This document shows positions 1 through 13,370 of a stretch of DNA of 64,000 bases, in pieces. Every line of letters starts with the position of its first letter. Position 1 is the stretch's first letter. The position numbers and the translations under genes were made by a program. The notes below the pieces were generated by a model. That model saw only the letters and a program-made list of their open reading frames with translations. It was not told the DNA's origin and did not search any database. Source of the stretch: Tubiluchus corallicola (taxonomy: Eukaryota > Animalia > Priapulida); contig JAQGDQ010000233.1 in assembly GCA_030141605.1 (NCBI GenBank), positions 1 to 64,000 on the forward strand, written 5' to 3'.

Positions 1-582
1 ATCTGAGTTGGGGATGGCCTAGTTAACCTCAAGAACTGTCACACCTTCACGGTTGGTTTACGGCAGGAATTATGGTATACTTTGAAAAACTGAAAAACTA
101 GAAAATAAAATTTGCAATAACGAAGTTTAAGCGAAATGAAAGTTATGCTTGAGCTATTCGTGAACTAGTTAGGAGTGAATAAAAAAGGCTAAAACAGTTG
201 CAACAACTTTGTTCATCTGTAACGACTGCAACCAAAATTCAAAAAGCCTATCTAAATTGTGAGGTCATAGCTTGTAAGCAGTTTGGCTTTTTAGCATGCC
301 AAAGTTACATGCTCAGTTATAGTTATTTTCAAGGCAATTCTTGTTTGATTTTCTTCGCAATAGCTTGCTTAGGAGACTGATCCGGGAACAGATTTTTGAG
401 AATTAATTACAACACATTTTTGTGGTTTTTCAGAATTAGTATGTTATGTAGTAATTCAGAAAGCCCCCCTCCCCCATGAATTGGCCAAAGGAAAATTTTT
501 TAGTGTCAGTTGAATTTGATATTATATATATATTATATTATTATTATATATATATATTATATATTATATATATATTATACTA

Positions 583-833
583 CCAATCGGAAAATTGGCA
601 TAAGTGTTCCAGAAAAATTCCCACATGAATTCGTTATCAGGGCGTATTACCCTAAAAACGGTCACGTCTCAGAATAGCCCAAGAATGAACGCTGATACTC
701 TGTTTATTTTTCACAGACAACTTTTTATTCTAACTGTAAAAAAGTTTTTACTTATATATATATATGTATTATGCCCTGATAACGAATTCATGTAGGAATT
801 TTTCTGGAACACTTATGCCAATTTTCCGATTGG
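583..833. mobile_element. Short MITE/foldback with ~68-bp near-perfect inverted repeats
   Basis: 583-650 ccaatcggaaaattggcataagtgttccagaaaaattcccacatgaattcgttatcagggc is the reverse complement of 766-833 with ~3 mismatches; no clean TSD. Confidence 0.75.
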
Positions 834-1499
834 CTTAAAAAAACAAAAAAGCATTTATGCTGCCGTTAATTCCCACAAGCCGGGATTGGAGCTGTATTCC
901 TACTAGGTTGTAGTGCAATGAGCTATTAAATTTTGTAGGTTCGAGTCCTCAGGGATACATGACAAGCTTTGACAGAAGGCTGTCAAGATAATTGTTTATG
1001 CAAATGAGGTAGAGGAAATCATGAAACCTTGAGGGAACCAGCATTTAAGTATTACCACAGGATCGCTGATATTCGCAAACAATCGTTAGAAAGCAAAGGA
1101 AAGGAAAAACGCAATCGTGGGGGGATAGAATCGTGGTTTTCACGAAATGAACAATGTTAAAAGTATTTCTGAAATAATTTAATAGTATTTCATACTATAT
1201 TCTACGATTGCCAAGAGAAGAACCGCTAAAAGAATAACGCTGAAGTTGATATTGGCGATAATAAAACCCGTACGCTCTCTATATAATTAAATTGGCAGTG
1301 CTTTTGGCATTTGAATAAACTGCTCTCATCTTTGAAAAATGGAAGAAAATGCTTGGTACTTAAAAAACTACCACTAACAATCTTACAGCCATGGACGTCT
1401 CAATAGAGGGCACTTTGATTACCTAAGTGTTAGAAAATAATGCACTACCTTTACTTTTTGTTCTGTGTTTTGTATAACACTTACTCGTTTGTCGTTTGC

Positions 1500-1990
1500 T
1501 TACTTTGTCAGTTTGTCGCTTTTCCGACAATCGAAAGCACTGATCTTAACCTTAGAAGTCTCACTGTCTAACATACATGCCTATGGGTGTACACCAGTTA
1601 ACTGGACTAATTTGCCTATTAATATCCATAATCCTTCAGATCGGCAACACAGCACAATTGCTTCAAAGATTTTAAATGATAAAAGGTCTTCCTTTTTACC
1701 AGTACCGATCGTTTACGTGTAACAATTGAAGTGTTTGGCACCCACTATTGTGATAAATTTGTTACGCTATACTTATCCAACCTCGTAGGCATAGTTCATA
1801 AGCGAATTTCTTGCGCTTTATGCAGTGGGTTTATGAGGAACATGTTTTTACTTCTGCTAAGTTGTACAATTTTCAATTGTGTCAGTCTTTTTTTGGATAG
1901 AGTTATTCCTGCAGTGACCATTACATGTGAGCGATTAGTCATAAACGTCAGTGTTGCAAAAACTTTAGCTTTTAAGACACCAGCGTGCTT
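1500..1990 (-). mobile_element. Decayed non-LTR retrotransposon RNase H fragment (I/R1/LOA-like)
   Basis: Frameshifted pieces KHAGVLKAKVFATL (cf. xVFQAEVxAI), ITI/WVP../NDR (cf. WVPxHxxxxGNExAD) and LVQLTGVH (cf. LTGH), in the correct order. Confidence 0.45.
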
Positions 1991-3224
1991 GTTACTTTAA
2001 TTATACTGAGCTTAGGGGAATAAACTGAACGATCGTGCAACAACTCGTGAATTAGAAGCAAAAAATGTTATTGTCTGTTTATATAAGCAAGGTAGGAAAC
2101 AGGAATTTATATTGGCTAGGGCGGGGAAAAATCAATAGGCTAAATAGGCTAAGGTCGTTGATAAGGTCATTGGAGCTCTCTGCCTGGTTCCTGCAAGTCT
2201 CTATAAAAAGAATGATTAAAAAAGTAATTATTCACATAGAACTGATTGATTACCTATCTCTACTACATTCTGCGTATTTAGCAATACTAGCAAAGTGAAA
2301 GGACGGAAGCTATTTATCTGGTTCAATAGCTATGCTCAAAGCACTGTTGCTAAGCACCGCTTAGAAGCAAGGAGAACAACGATTTCAGACTTCCAGGCAC
2401 TCAATATTTGTGGAATAAGTTTTGTTGATAGGCTTGACAAAGACCCACAATCCCAGATCAATTTAACGGTGAAAATGCGACAACAACATCAGCAATAGCA
2501 GCAACAACCAAAAAAATTGAAAGTGTTTTATATCATTGTTTTAATAGCTAACTAAACAGGTTCCTAAGTTACGCTAACTCTTAGTCCGTAGTGTGTAGTG
2601 AAACATTTGACAGCCTATAGCTTTTCTGTTAATTCCAGTCCATCCAACGCTTCCCTTACGTAGACTTTATGGCTATGTCCTTTCCTTAAGCCTCTTAATT
2701 TTGCCGTCTTCCTGGACTTTTACTTTTTTTAGGCCCGTTACAAAAACATTGGCGAAATCCTTTCTTTTGGTGAAATGCAGCTCAACAGATATTTAATAAT
2801 AACGCCCATTTTCTGTTAAAATACATACCCTGTAAATCGTACTCAATGTTCTGCATCAGACTGAGCAGCCTGTTGCTTGTCTTGTCATCCTTGAAAATCT
2901 AAAGATATTTCTTAAACACGTTTGATGAAACGTGTACGTATACATTATTGGTTTCTTAAATTGCTGGTCTTTTTCTTATCTCACTAGCAAGACAGCCAGA
3001 AGAAATGACAAAATAATAACAAATTGGGTAGAGAAGTTTAACGTGAAAGCTTGTTGTTTGACCTATCCTATATTTCCTACAAAATTTTGTATCACCATGT
3101 TATTTTCCGTGTCATCATCTCACTAGTAAATAGCATGATGATGGTAAGAACAAAAGAATTAAACAGCGTGGAGATTTTGAAACTGTTGAAACATAATGCA
3201 CATAATTACTGATCAAGCATTACA

Positions 3225-3268
3225 CACTTTGTTTTGTCTATACAGCACTTAGTTTTGTCTATACAGCA
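3225..3268 (+). repeat. 21-bp tandem duplication
   Basis: cactttgttttgtctatacag / cacttagttttgtctatacag. Confidence 0.85.
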
Positions 3269-3319
3269 ATGTCATCATTTTATCGCACTTCTTCGTCATC
3301 TTAGTATTCACTAAATTAC

Positions 3320-3510
3320 CTTGGACTAGAAGAAAGTCCTGAAAAGGTGCTTCTATAAAATTCGGGTTTTTTTAAAGTATGCAACATAACCAACCTTGTC
3401 AGTTTTACTATGCTGAATCCGAAATTAGTGGAATGGGTAAGAAACGGAATAAAACGAAATGGCTGCAATGTTTTTGCACAAATTATATAAACAAAAGATT
3501 CCCAGAAAGT
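3320..3510 (+). mobile_element. Solo fragment of the terminal repeat of the 16.5-19.0 kb element
   Basis: Shares actatgctgaatccgaaa and aaatggct..tttttgcacaaa with 16605-16705, and gactagaagaa..ctgaaaaggtg.ttctataaa with the reverse complement of 18925-18975. Confidence 0.6.
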
Positions 3511-3705
3511 AAAATTAAAAACCGATTATAACAACCAGGTATTAGATATTTATTGAGCGTAGACGATCGTTCCGGCTATCATAGCCATTTTCAGTACCAT
3601 AAATCAAGCCAAAAATGGAATAATTAGCACACTGGATGTACTAGACATAAAAGCAGAGAATGTCATTACAATTCAACAAATTAGAATATAAAATGTCAAA
3701 ACAAT

Positions 3706-4042
3706 CGTCGATGTACCCAGAAGAAATTGCAGAAAAATGTAGGAAAAATTATCTCATACATGAGATTCAGAAAAGATCATAACACAGTAATCAGTTAGCC
3801 TAAGTTAACGTAATGAAGAACCACAGCTGTAAGCATTACAATAATAAAACACATCTTGTACATTTGACACAACATACAACAAGGGGGGACACAATATGGG
3901 AACAACAGTATTATTGTAATGCTTACTACTGAGGTTCTTCATCACATTGACTTGGAACTAATTGATTACTATACTATGATCTCTTCTGAATCTCATATGT
4001 AAGTCAAAGTTTTTTACATTTTTCTGTAATTACATATCGACG
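3706..4042. mobile_element. Old MITE/foldback, ~135-bp degenerate inverted arms
   Basis: atgagattcagaaaagatcata..gaagaaccacagctgtaagcattacaataata (left) vs tattattgtaatgcttactactgaggttcttc..tatgatctcttctgaatctcat (right). Confidence 0.75.
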
Positions 4043-5177
4043 CAGCAATACCTCCTGGCAACTACAAGCCGAAAGCAAGTAAGCAAAGAAAAGTTGAGTA
4101 AAAACAGATTTGGGCTATGAATTCAACAAGCAATTCTATAATGCGAGCGTGAACTTTGCACTTTTTTATTGATTGAAAACAGAATGAAAACAGCCTGTTG
4201 TTATTAATAAATGTTGAAGATAATCATGAAATACAAAAAACATCACGAAAGTCAGAAAATGTAAACGTTCGTATTATGCGGCATAAACTACTGAAACACA
4301 GCATGGAACGCGTAGTGCATGCTCGACGCGCATTTGTTCATGTCTCCATAACAATCTCCTTGTCTTATACATGACTGCAGTTTCAAAGTTGAAGTTACTG
4401 GTCATGATAGTCCACTTTGCAAGGCTTTAAATTACATTGCTAGGAACTGCTTAGTTTGTGTGTTTCGTGATTTGAATCAACAAAGACAAGTTTATACAGC
4501 TACGTCAGAATTAGGGTAATGAGCGAATAAATGAGGCCGGTGCACTGTCTCTTAAATTTGTATCAAACATTTATTTCCTGTTTTAACATTCAGAAACAGC
4601 GTAACTTACAGTGTACTACGTACAACGAAGTGTTTTCACAATAATTAGTATTTAATCACCATGACTTTCTGTACTAGATAAAACGAATTACAAGTAAAAA
4701 ATGCAAAATGTTTTTTAGCGGACACTATAAATAACATTTGCAAATCTCCGGTTTCTGGGTAGAACACAATATGTGTGACTCAGAAGCACGTATTGTCTAA
4801 TGAACTTATTACTAGACACGTATCCCCCTGTATCACATTATTCCTTGAATTACAAGGATACAATCTCCAAGAGCAAATAATTTACAAGGGCTTCGCGCGC
4901 TACATATCGCTTAGATAGAAAACATCCAACATAAAAGCGAAAAGCTTACATATCTGCCCTCTAATGCGGATGCAGTGTGCAATCCTGACATTCTAAAAAA
5001 ATGCTCTTTACACGAAAGAGGAAATTAAAGTGCTTTGCCTGTAAGTGGCTTAAAAATACTTTCTTCTTAAACCGGCGCCATTTTCCTTGTGAAAGACCAG
5101 GGAGTAGTTTTAAATTTGTTTGTTTTTCCATTAATTTGTCGTAATTGGCCATGATAATAAAGCAAAAATTGCCATAA

Positions 5178-5179
<2 letters not shown>

Positions 5180-5243
<64 letters not shown>

Positions 5244-5375
5244 TCCCTCTCTTCTCCCTCTCTCTCTCTTTCCTTTCCTTTCTCTGTCTGTCTTTTCTCT
5301 CCTTCCTCCCTCTCTTTCTCCTTCCTTCCCGCTCACCGTTTTTCTCTCTCTTTCGCTCTTTACTTCTTCGCTTCT
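5180..5375. repeat. (TC)n microsatellite with degenerate CT-rich tail
   Basis: ~30 perfect TC units followed by polypyrimidine sequence. Confidence 0.97.
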
Positions 5376-5459
5376 CGAGATAAGGAGAGTTTATGCCCTC
5401 AAAAATTTTTGCTCCTACTCTCTGCAAAAATGAATTTAATCAGGAAAATGAAAAGACGA

Positions 5460-5740
5460 ATGAAGCGTGACATCAAGGTAAATGTCACTGCACATCGTCC
5501 TCATCTGATTTTCATCACGTTGTTTTAGCACGTGGTTCAGTTATTACGAAAAAGCCCTGAAGCGGCGACAAAAACCTGCATAAACCTGAGAGAATGGCTT
5601 CTTTGGTTTTTGGCCTATTACACACAGTTTGCACAGTTACGTTCGTATCTTTATGCAGAGCTTCACTAAAGTCGACATATTTTTGATATTGAAGAGAAGC
5701 AAATGCCTCTTCAGAAAATGTCTGCCAACTTTGAAACACT
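5460..5740 (-). mobile_element. Possible decayed MULE-type (FAR1/ZSWIM3-N-like) DNA-binding domain fragment
   Basis: FQSWQTFSEEAF..Q....F.....TVQTVCN followed out of frame by GRCAVTFTL, resembling FxSWxxF...SxTVxxxN...GCxAxF. Confidence 0.3.
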
Positions 5741-8700
5741 TATTAGGGAAACATTTTAATTCTCCAACGTAGCACCCCAGTACAAATGCAGTGCAAATTA
5801 ATTACGCCAACATGAGTGACTATCGCGCCTATCCACACTTACAACAGTTTGCTCAGGCGACTAGTTTTCTCAAGCTGTTCATGAAAATTTTTCGCTGAAG
5901 GTTTACTCAGACAGTATTCATTATCAGAGACTTTACTCACCGGGTTTGCCTAAACCTTACTTGGTCTTTATCTCGTCATAGTTTAAAGGCGTTTTGAATA
6001 AACCATCTTAGCTTGGGGAATAAACTTGCCTCGTAACATCAGGAATCGGCGGTGTATGGCGTTTATCGATTCTACTACGAAATAATGATTTTAGCTGCAC
6101 AATTTTCACAACAAACATGTTGGATAATCAGCCTGATTAGTGTAAATGTTGACACAAAACCGAGAAAGAAGCGAAAAGCAGAATTAATAATAACATTATT
6201 TTGGCTCAGCTTTGATGCGTAAGTTTGCAAAAAAATGAAAAACAGAATGACCGCCAAAACACATCAGTATGTTACAACTTTTTTTGCAATTAGCACGCCT
6301 ACTGGAACGCGTAAGTTCTGAGTTTTGTTCTAGATGACTTCAGATTTTCCGATTTATTTTTCCCACATGCAAATAAAGATTTGTTCCTTTAATGATTACG
6401 CAAATCGCCCAGACAAGGTTGGACTACTGTGGAGAGGCGGAAATATGATTACACAGATGCCGAAATATGAATACATTCTAGCTGAAGAAATTCAGTTTAT
6501 AGTTAACTGGGAAGTAATTTTCTGGGAAGAAGTCCACAAATAAGAAGCCCGGGACTACTTTCATAAGCACCTTCTATATCTACGAATGTCCAAGAAAAAA
6601 TATACTAGCAGCAAGACTGGTACTGGAAAAGGCATGCCATTCGATGTCAAGTCCTCTGGTCTAAAATTAAATAAGAAATAGCCTTCGCAAAACTCAATTT
6701 TAGTTGCTCGTGGCGTAAGCCGAATGACCCAAATACAACCTATATTGAATATTTATGCCTTTATTACTGCAAATTCTGAGCACGTTAACTCGATCTTCTG
6801 AGACGCCACATGCTAGGAATAGAAAACAAATTGTTTCAATTGGAAGAATATTGAAATGGGAAATTCGTCACTGCAACCTGCAAGCTGCAAATAAAAAAAA
6901 CGAAATGCATAGTGATTCACATGCGACCCAAATTTCATTATGAACAGTTGTACAACTTACATACGAAGTTCAGGTACAATTAAAAGGTATAATAATGTAA
7001 AGGCATAATTAAAAAACAATATGTGTTTCAAACTATATGTTAAATCATTAAAATTGGCTAATTTGATTGATTTAATTTATTTTTTATTTTTGCACTTAGG
7101 AGTCAAATGGCAATATATTGTTTTATTGTTTTATTAATATATTAATATATTAATGGCGAAAAATTGTTTTATTAAAAAGGCGACTTGCCTCGGCTATTTC
7201 CCCACCTTTGGTCAAATGATTTACCTCGATTTCTCATCATCTCATTATAGATTATTCTTGGAAACAGGCAACTAGGAAAAGGGATTACAAACAAAGGAAT
7301 CACTTCCAGTCGTTATTGGTTGAATTAAATTTTATATCATTGCAAACATGCAAACATATTTCCACTGGAGATAATTAAGTTTGACGCACCACCTTCCATT
7401 TTAGTTTCACGGCTAGGAACATCTAGTCGTCAAATGTCTCTGAATTCGAGATAATACAATATTTTACTAAAGCAGGTGTAACTGAGAATTATATCTATGG
7501 TTTCTCTAATGATCCGCATGGCTGTGCATTTAACAGCCGGGTTTTCTGTAATCAGTTGTCAGATGCATTTGCCAGATCTGGAAATTACCCGTCGGATTAA
7601 TAACGATGATTACATGAGAAAACGTAGAAAAACAAATTTAAAGAAGCGTGCATTTCATTTTGTAAAAATCATCACGTTAAAGCAAAAAAGTGTAAGCATT
7701 TGTATTCACCCTAGGGAAATCTACTATATTGTACCACACACAACGTTCAGAATGAGAAAGTCGTACTAGGCTTGTATTTAAACAAATGAAAAACTCCTTT
7801 GTTAACATCGCGCGGTGGTTCTTTGAGAACAACTATTGCGTTATGTAATACATCGGCATTCTCCTTCAGAAACGTTTATGAAATTCTACTCAAAATCCCC
7901 AAATTCAGCATGCGTTTTCAAAAAATTTCCTCCCGTCTTTTTCTTATTGCATCCTACGTTAAACTTTTTCATTTTTATTCTTTTCCCACTATCCGTATCG
8001 TTGCAGCTATTTCAATGGTCGGTCAGATACGTAAATTAGCCTTTCTGTTTCCTCTTGCCTATAATTAGAATGAGACTATTATAGACCAAATACATTCCTC
8101 CTATAATCGATTTAATTTCAGAAAATATTGACAGTCGCTCATAACGACCCTACACCGGTTAATAAGATATTCCATTAAAGCGACTTGTGTTTGAAATAAA
8201 TACAGATGTCGAGACAGATGATAACCGGTTAAAATGTGGTCTCAGAATATCAAACAAACTTTTATCATAGTCTTTCATGTCTCTTGAAATCTCGACAACA
8301 TAACATGCAAAGTTGTTGGGAGCAGTCTAATATTTTAGAGTAACAGGCTTAGTAGCTAGAATATTTGTGACAATACACATTCTGTTACTGCATTATCTAG
8401 TTGTGATTTTCAAGTAATTTTGAAATAATGTTTGGGAAAATTGTATATGGTATGCAAAAAAGATTTTAATTTGTGCTTCTTTGTACAGTTCAAGTTTTTT
8501 CACTTAAATATAAAGTGAATTTTTGCTTAATTTTTAGCGTAATGTTTGGCTAAATCTGATGGGTCAAGTGATGTACTTTTATTCCTCGTCTCTTGCGTAT
8601 ACTTCGATAAGGATTTTCCCTCGTTGCAATATTGCAGCTTATTATGTAGAACCATGCTACTGAAGTGCACTTGGCAAATATTTCCTTCCGATTTGGAAAC

Positions 8701-8955
8701 CAATAAGTTGCGTTTTCGCAAAATCGTAGTTTGCGACTATATAAGACACCTCCGTAAGCAAAATAGCGAATTATTCCGGCGATGCTGAAATGCTGCAGTT
8801 AAATAAAGAAATGCTTTTAACAAAATTAGTGCAATATTGTCAAGTTACAGGCTAGATCATAATAACGGATCTTTTTTCGAAACGATTTATAAAATGTGGG
8901 AACAATAATTATTATGAGCTACTGGAACGAACCAGAATTTGTCTTGGTCACGAAA

Positions 8956-9028
8956 GTCTGAGTGCGCATAGATTTAAGACTCTGAGCTTATAACTCAAAC
9001 GTTCCTAGTTCAAATCCAGGCTTAGGTC
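8956..9028 (+). pseudogene. tRNA-derived pseudogene / SINE head
   Basis: Cloverleaf remnant: acceptor GTCTGAG/CTTAGGT (with G-T pairs), anticodon arm CTGAG-CTTATAA-CTCAA, T-arm CCTAG-TTCAAAT-CCAGG (B box GTTCAAATCC); D-arm degenerate. Confidence 0.55.
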
Positions 9029-9439
9029 CGAATGTTTCACATATCCTTCTTTCGGCTATTTATTAATAGCTTACTAAATTAGGGATTGGACTTTATTTCA
9101 TCGTAAATTAATAGTTCTGCAATGCATGACTGTTTAATCATGGACTAATTCAAAGTTAGAAATCAATTCAAAAATTAGTAGGCCCTAATTATTCTAGCGT
9201 GAGCAAATCACCACTTAGAAATGCTGCAATGATTAGGCAGCTATCTGGATTGAACTGACCTTACGAAGATTGGTCAGTACTGATCTTAAGGCGTTAAGCT
9301 TAAATTTTTGGTCAAGTTTGTTCCAATTCTTTCTTTCGGTCACATTAGGATTCAAAAATTTAGTAAAACGGAGAATAAGTAAATTTGAATAATTCATTCA
9401 TTTTTACACAGTTCGGTACTCTTACAGCCAGCATCTGGC

Positions 9440-9720
9440 ACTCACCAGCAAGATTACCTAACATAAGTGGTTGCGGTAGGATCAGAATCTTGCTTATTAT
9501 CTAAGAAGCAACACCGAACCGGCAATTGTATCTAAATCATCTACTCCCCGATATGCAAGGCTGAAGAACACTCTTCGATGAAGTTTAATGACAAGTTCAA
9601 TTCCGATTGCAACCTTTACAGGTTTGTGAAAATCATCAAGGACTTCAAGCATAGTACAACTGCAGTTAGTTTTGCCCCCTTATGTTTAGCGATCCTAAAA
9701 TGACGCTATTGATACAAGAT
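9440..9720 (+). mobile_element. Possible second decayed LINE RNase H fragment
   Basis: RLPNISG.. then VQLQLVLPPYV*RS*NDAIDT, aligning to VxLxWIPSHVGxxGNExAD; multiple stops. Confidence 0.3.
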
Positions 9721-12155
9721 TTAGTGATTTTCAAAACTTTAGTAGAGATACGGAAAACATTAATAAAATAATGATTGTCACCAAATTAATGATGGTTGGC
9801 TTTTCCTATGTACGAATCACCCGTGCATTGGATATTTTTCAGAAACTATCAAAAAGCTGTCATCTTCCATACTTTTTCTTTTTGGGGCTAGCAAATCCCT
9901 GCTCACAAGTTTAACTATTGGAGAAGCTGCCGAAGACTTTAAATACATAGTGCAACGTTGCGTTTAATTTTTCTTTCAAGTTTGTTTGGTAAAATAAAAA
10001 TATATTACAAAATCAAAATGGCGAATTTCTCTGTGAATGTTTTCCACGTGTATAATGACGAATCACGACTATGTGTTGATTTTGCTCTAAACAGCATTAA
10101 AATTTCTAGTCATGTGCTATTTTTCTTCCCTTCCGTCTTTTAGTAATCAAAAAATGTTGATATGGTCAGCATTTGTTGAAGAAGTCATTCAACTTTTCGA
10201 AATAAAGTAAATAACTATTTCACTCTACTTATGTTCTAGTGTTGTATTCAGCATTCTTTAAAACATACGAATCAGTGCAACACGCGGATGTACTGCAGAG
10301 TTATTACAAAATTAATATTGGAGTAACTGTGGTGATTCCATTTATACAAAGAGGCGCTGTTCGTTTTTTCCAACGAAATGTTCTTTCCAGTGGTCTGTGA
10401 GTTGCCACTTAATGATTGGCAATCCTGTTTGCAGCATTATATTTTACGGCAACTGGCCATTTTGGAATTTAAGATGGCGGTCGTGATTGGGAACAAATAT
10501 CCCACCTTGAATGAAAAGGCGCGTGACTGTGAATCCTAAAATCAGCTGATTTTCAGGATATTTACTAACCGACTGTACAACAAATATATTAGCAAAATTT
10601 CTAGCTAATTATCACTCAATATGTAGCTTCATAGAAGCTGTAGACTTGCTCAGGAAGTAGGCGAAAACGGAAGTTATTGAATTCAGCTTTTTTTTCTAGA
10701 CTACACTACAACCATTTTGCACAGTGAAGCAGTCTGCATCATGGATAGTTTAACGTTTTTAATTAGAAACTAGCGAAGCCTTCGAAAAAGTCATTGAAGG
10801 TCACTGATCTCTAGCTACATTATGGGCTCAACTGTGTTACTTTTGGTGGCGCTTACTTTAATTCTGAACAATTGACTATTGTGGGATATGCGGCGTATGT
10901 TTGATGTTCCTTGTTTGAGACATTTCCTCTCCCTCAAGTGAAAACCGTGAGAAATATGCAGACCATTTGAGTAAGAGCAGCATTAAACCAAATTCAGGGG
11001 TAAGAAACTTCTTGGTGAGATACAGCTATTAATCCCCCAAAAAATATGATGTATTAATACAAATTGCATGGAATTCCTCACTGGAACAAACCTTAAAATG
11101 AGTCATAAGTTTGAGATTTACGGAAAGTGGTCTTAACATAGTAAAAAAAGTTCTCTTCTTTAAAACCATGCAGCAGCTCTGTTCTACAAGTGGGGAGATT
11201 CAGAATGTTGGATTTTTTAACGTTTGAACACAGCTTTATCATTTCAAGCTTTAGCGCAACACCATCTTTCCTTCTTCCTACTACCTTGTAATAATAAAAT
11301 AAAAAGCTCGCCGGTGTAGCATTATTTGTGAAGCCTTATTTAAAGCAGCTTATATTAAAAAAACTTTCTAAAAACTACTTCCCGGGATATAATAGTATAA
11401 TTGAATTTTCGCGGATCATATAATACTATATATGATGGTTGGCATGTTTCTCTTTCCGAAGCGCAATGGATGATAAAAATGGATAATAGTACACTGTGAC
11501 TAAAATGTTGCTAACTTGCATATCCATGGGCAACGCTTTGTCATTTAAAAGCACCTGAACGTAGCTGCAATGATGACAAATCACTAGAAGGAAACGACTG
11601 CTTTTCTTGCCTCTGTTAAAAGATAGCCTGCATATTGAACGACCTGGACTATCTATACTAATTAACAGGTTGGGTAGAAAAGGTTGTCCAAAGGGCAGAT
11701 TGTGCAAATTATTTAATTGGAAATAACTTGAAAATCTTATTAAGAAGGCAATAATTGTCCTTCCTGTTATAAATACTACACAACTGCAATATTTTAAAGC
11801 CATTTTTATCAATTAAAAAAAATTTTCATTTACAAAACTCATACAAATGTAATCTTTTTTCTGTTTATAAACCTATGATTTAGGCTATTCCCTTACAGAC
11901 TAGAGTGGGTACAGTCCACTCCAAACTGTTTTTATAAGTTCACCCTAAGGTTAATAAGGTTGAAGGCTAGTTGAAGGTTTTACTGTACTCATGTGCATGA
12001 GTGACTTATTATAGAGATATAAATTGCACAAATAGTCACCCCATTCTTGAAAAGTGTCACCTTCAAAATACTGTATAAAAGCGATGCAACGCGCCCACAG
12101 TATAGCACGAGTTCTTCCGATTCCCTAGTTCATGCTCAATTTTGCATTTATTACT

Positions 12156-12450
12156 GCAGTATAATGTAGTGTAGTGAAGTACAATGTGGTGCGGTACAGT
12201 ACGGCATGATATGGCACAGCATTGCATTGTACGGCGCGGCGTGGTATGGTACGGACGGTACAGTACAGGATAGGACAAGGCACATTAGTATTTCGTGGTG
12301 TGGAATGGCGTGGCATGGCATTGTGTCATGTAGTGTGGTGTGGCATGGCATGGCATGGTACGGTACGGTACATTACAATATGGTAAAGGTATGGTGTGGT
12401 GTGGTGTGGTGTGGTGTGATGTGGTATGGTATGATATAGCGTAGTACAAT
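12156..12450. repeat. Degenerate pentanucleotide tandem repeat (RYRRY)n, ~59 units
   Basis: gtagt gtggt gcggt acagt acggc atgat atggc acagc ... Confidence 0.92.
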
Positions 12451-12630
12451 ACTGTGCAAGTCAACAATATAGTTCCCCATAATTGTAATAACTACGAGAC
12501 CAATTTTATAACGCCTTCAGTGCCTTTCAAACGCTAAAACAAGATGTTACATAACCTTTTGCAGGGGCGGGAGCAAAAATAAGGACCAAATTCTGGATTA
12601 TTGCTGAAACAATAGTCAATATATCATGTA

Positions 12631-12676
12631 CTCGCGATTTTAGTGTGAAAGCCTCGCGATTTAGTGTGAAAGCCTC
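12631..12676 (+). repeat. ~22-bp tandem duplication
   Basis: ctcgcgattttagtgtgaaagc / ctcgcgatttagtgtgaaagc. Confidence 0.85.
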
Positions 12677-13370
12677 CCTAATCTTGCGTAGCCTGGAGCA
12701 ATGGCAGGAAAATTCTGGGCTTAATGTTTCGATCGAACTAATGGCTCAGAGTTCCCCCCCCCTCCTCCACCAGCGAAAGGTTTTGTACCACCCTGTACAT
12801 TAATGCGCCTTTAGAAATTCAAACATTTAATACTTATATGTTTTTAGACATACGTTAAACCAAATTGAAATTAATCATTGTGTTTAATGTGTAAAGAATT
12901 TTATTTTTATTGAGTTCGTAGTGTATAATGGTAGAATTATAGTGCAGAATTCATATAAATTTGATTAATTTTCTTTGTAATTTGTCTTTGTTCTGTTAAA
13001 TTGCGCGAATACTACACATGTATTGTAAGTTCTTATGATCTGTTCTAATTGTAAAAAGCAACGTGACATATACGTATATACATCGATGTTTAAGAAGTAA
13101 TACCAGGTATATTCTTAGCTTCAATAAATACATTTAGTATATGCGTACAGAGTTCTTTATATTTTATTGCTCATTTACGAATTCAACCTACATTTACTTA
13201 CTTCATGCTCTCGAATGATGTTTCAATGTCAAACCTATCACTGAGATACGTGATAACTAACCACGCGTTTTGTATTTCCTACGTAAACAAGGACTGCCGT
13301 AATTAGGGTACAATTAGTCATTCGGCTAGAGCTCAGCAAGGCTTCGGGCCGGAAGCCATGTAAAACTAAG

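Noticed and set aside
895-955. Pol III B box GGTTCGAGTCC at 938-948
   Set aside because: No cloverleaf or convincing A box; at most a SINE relic.
5067-5427. RE/ER-rich ORFs
   Set aside because: Translation of the (TC)n microsatellite.
8956-9028. Functional tRNA-Ile(TAT)
   Set aside because: Mismatched stems and a broken D-arm/A-box; treated as a pseudogene or SINE head.
11426-11812. 128-aa minus-strand ORF
   Set aside because: Non-ATG start, no recognisable domain or splice context; composition typical of random AT-rich DNA.
12063-12467. Five overlapping His/Cys/Trp-rich ORFs
   Set aside because: Artefacts of the pentamer repeat.
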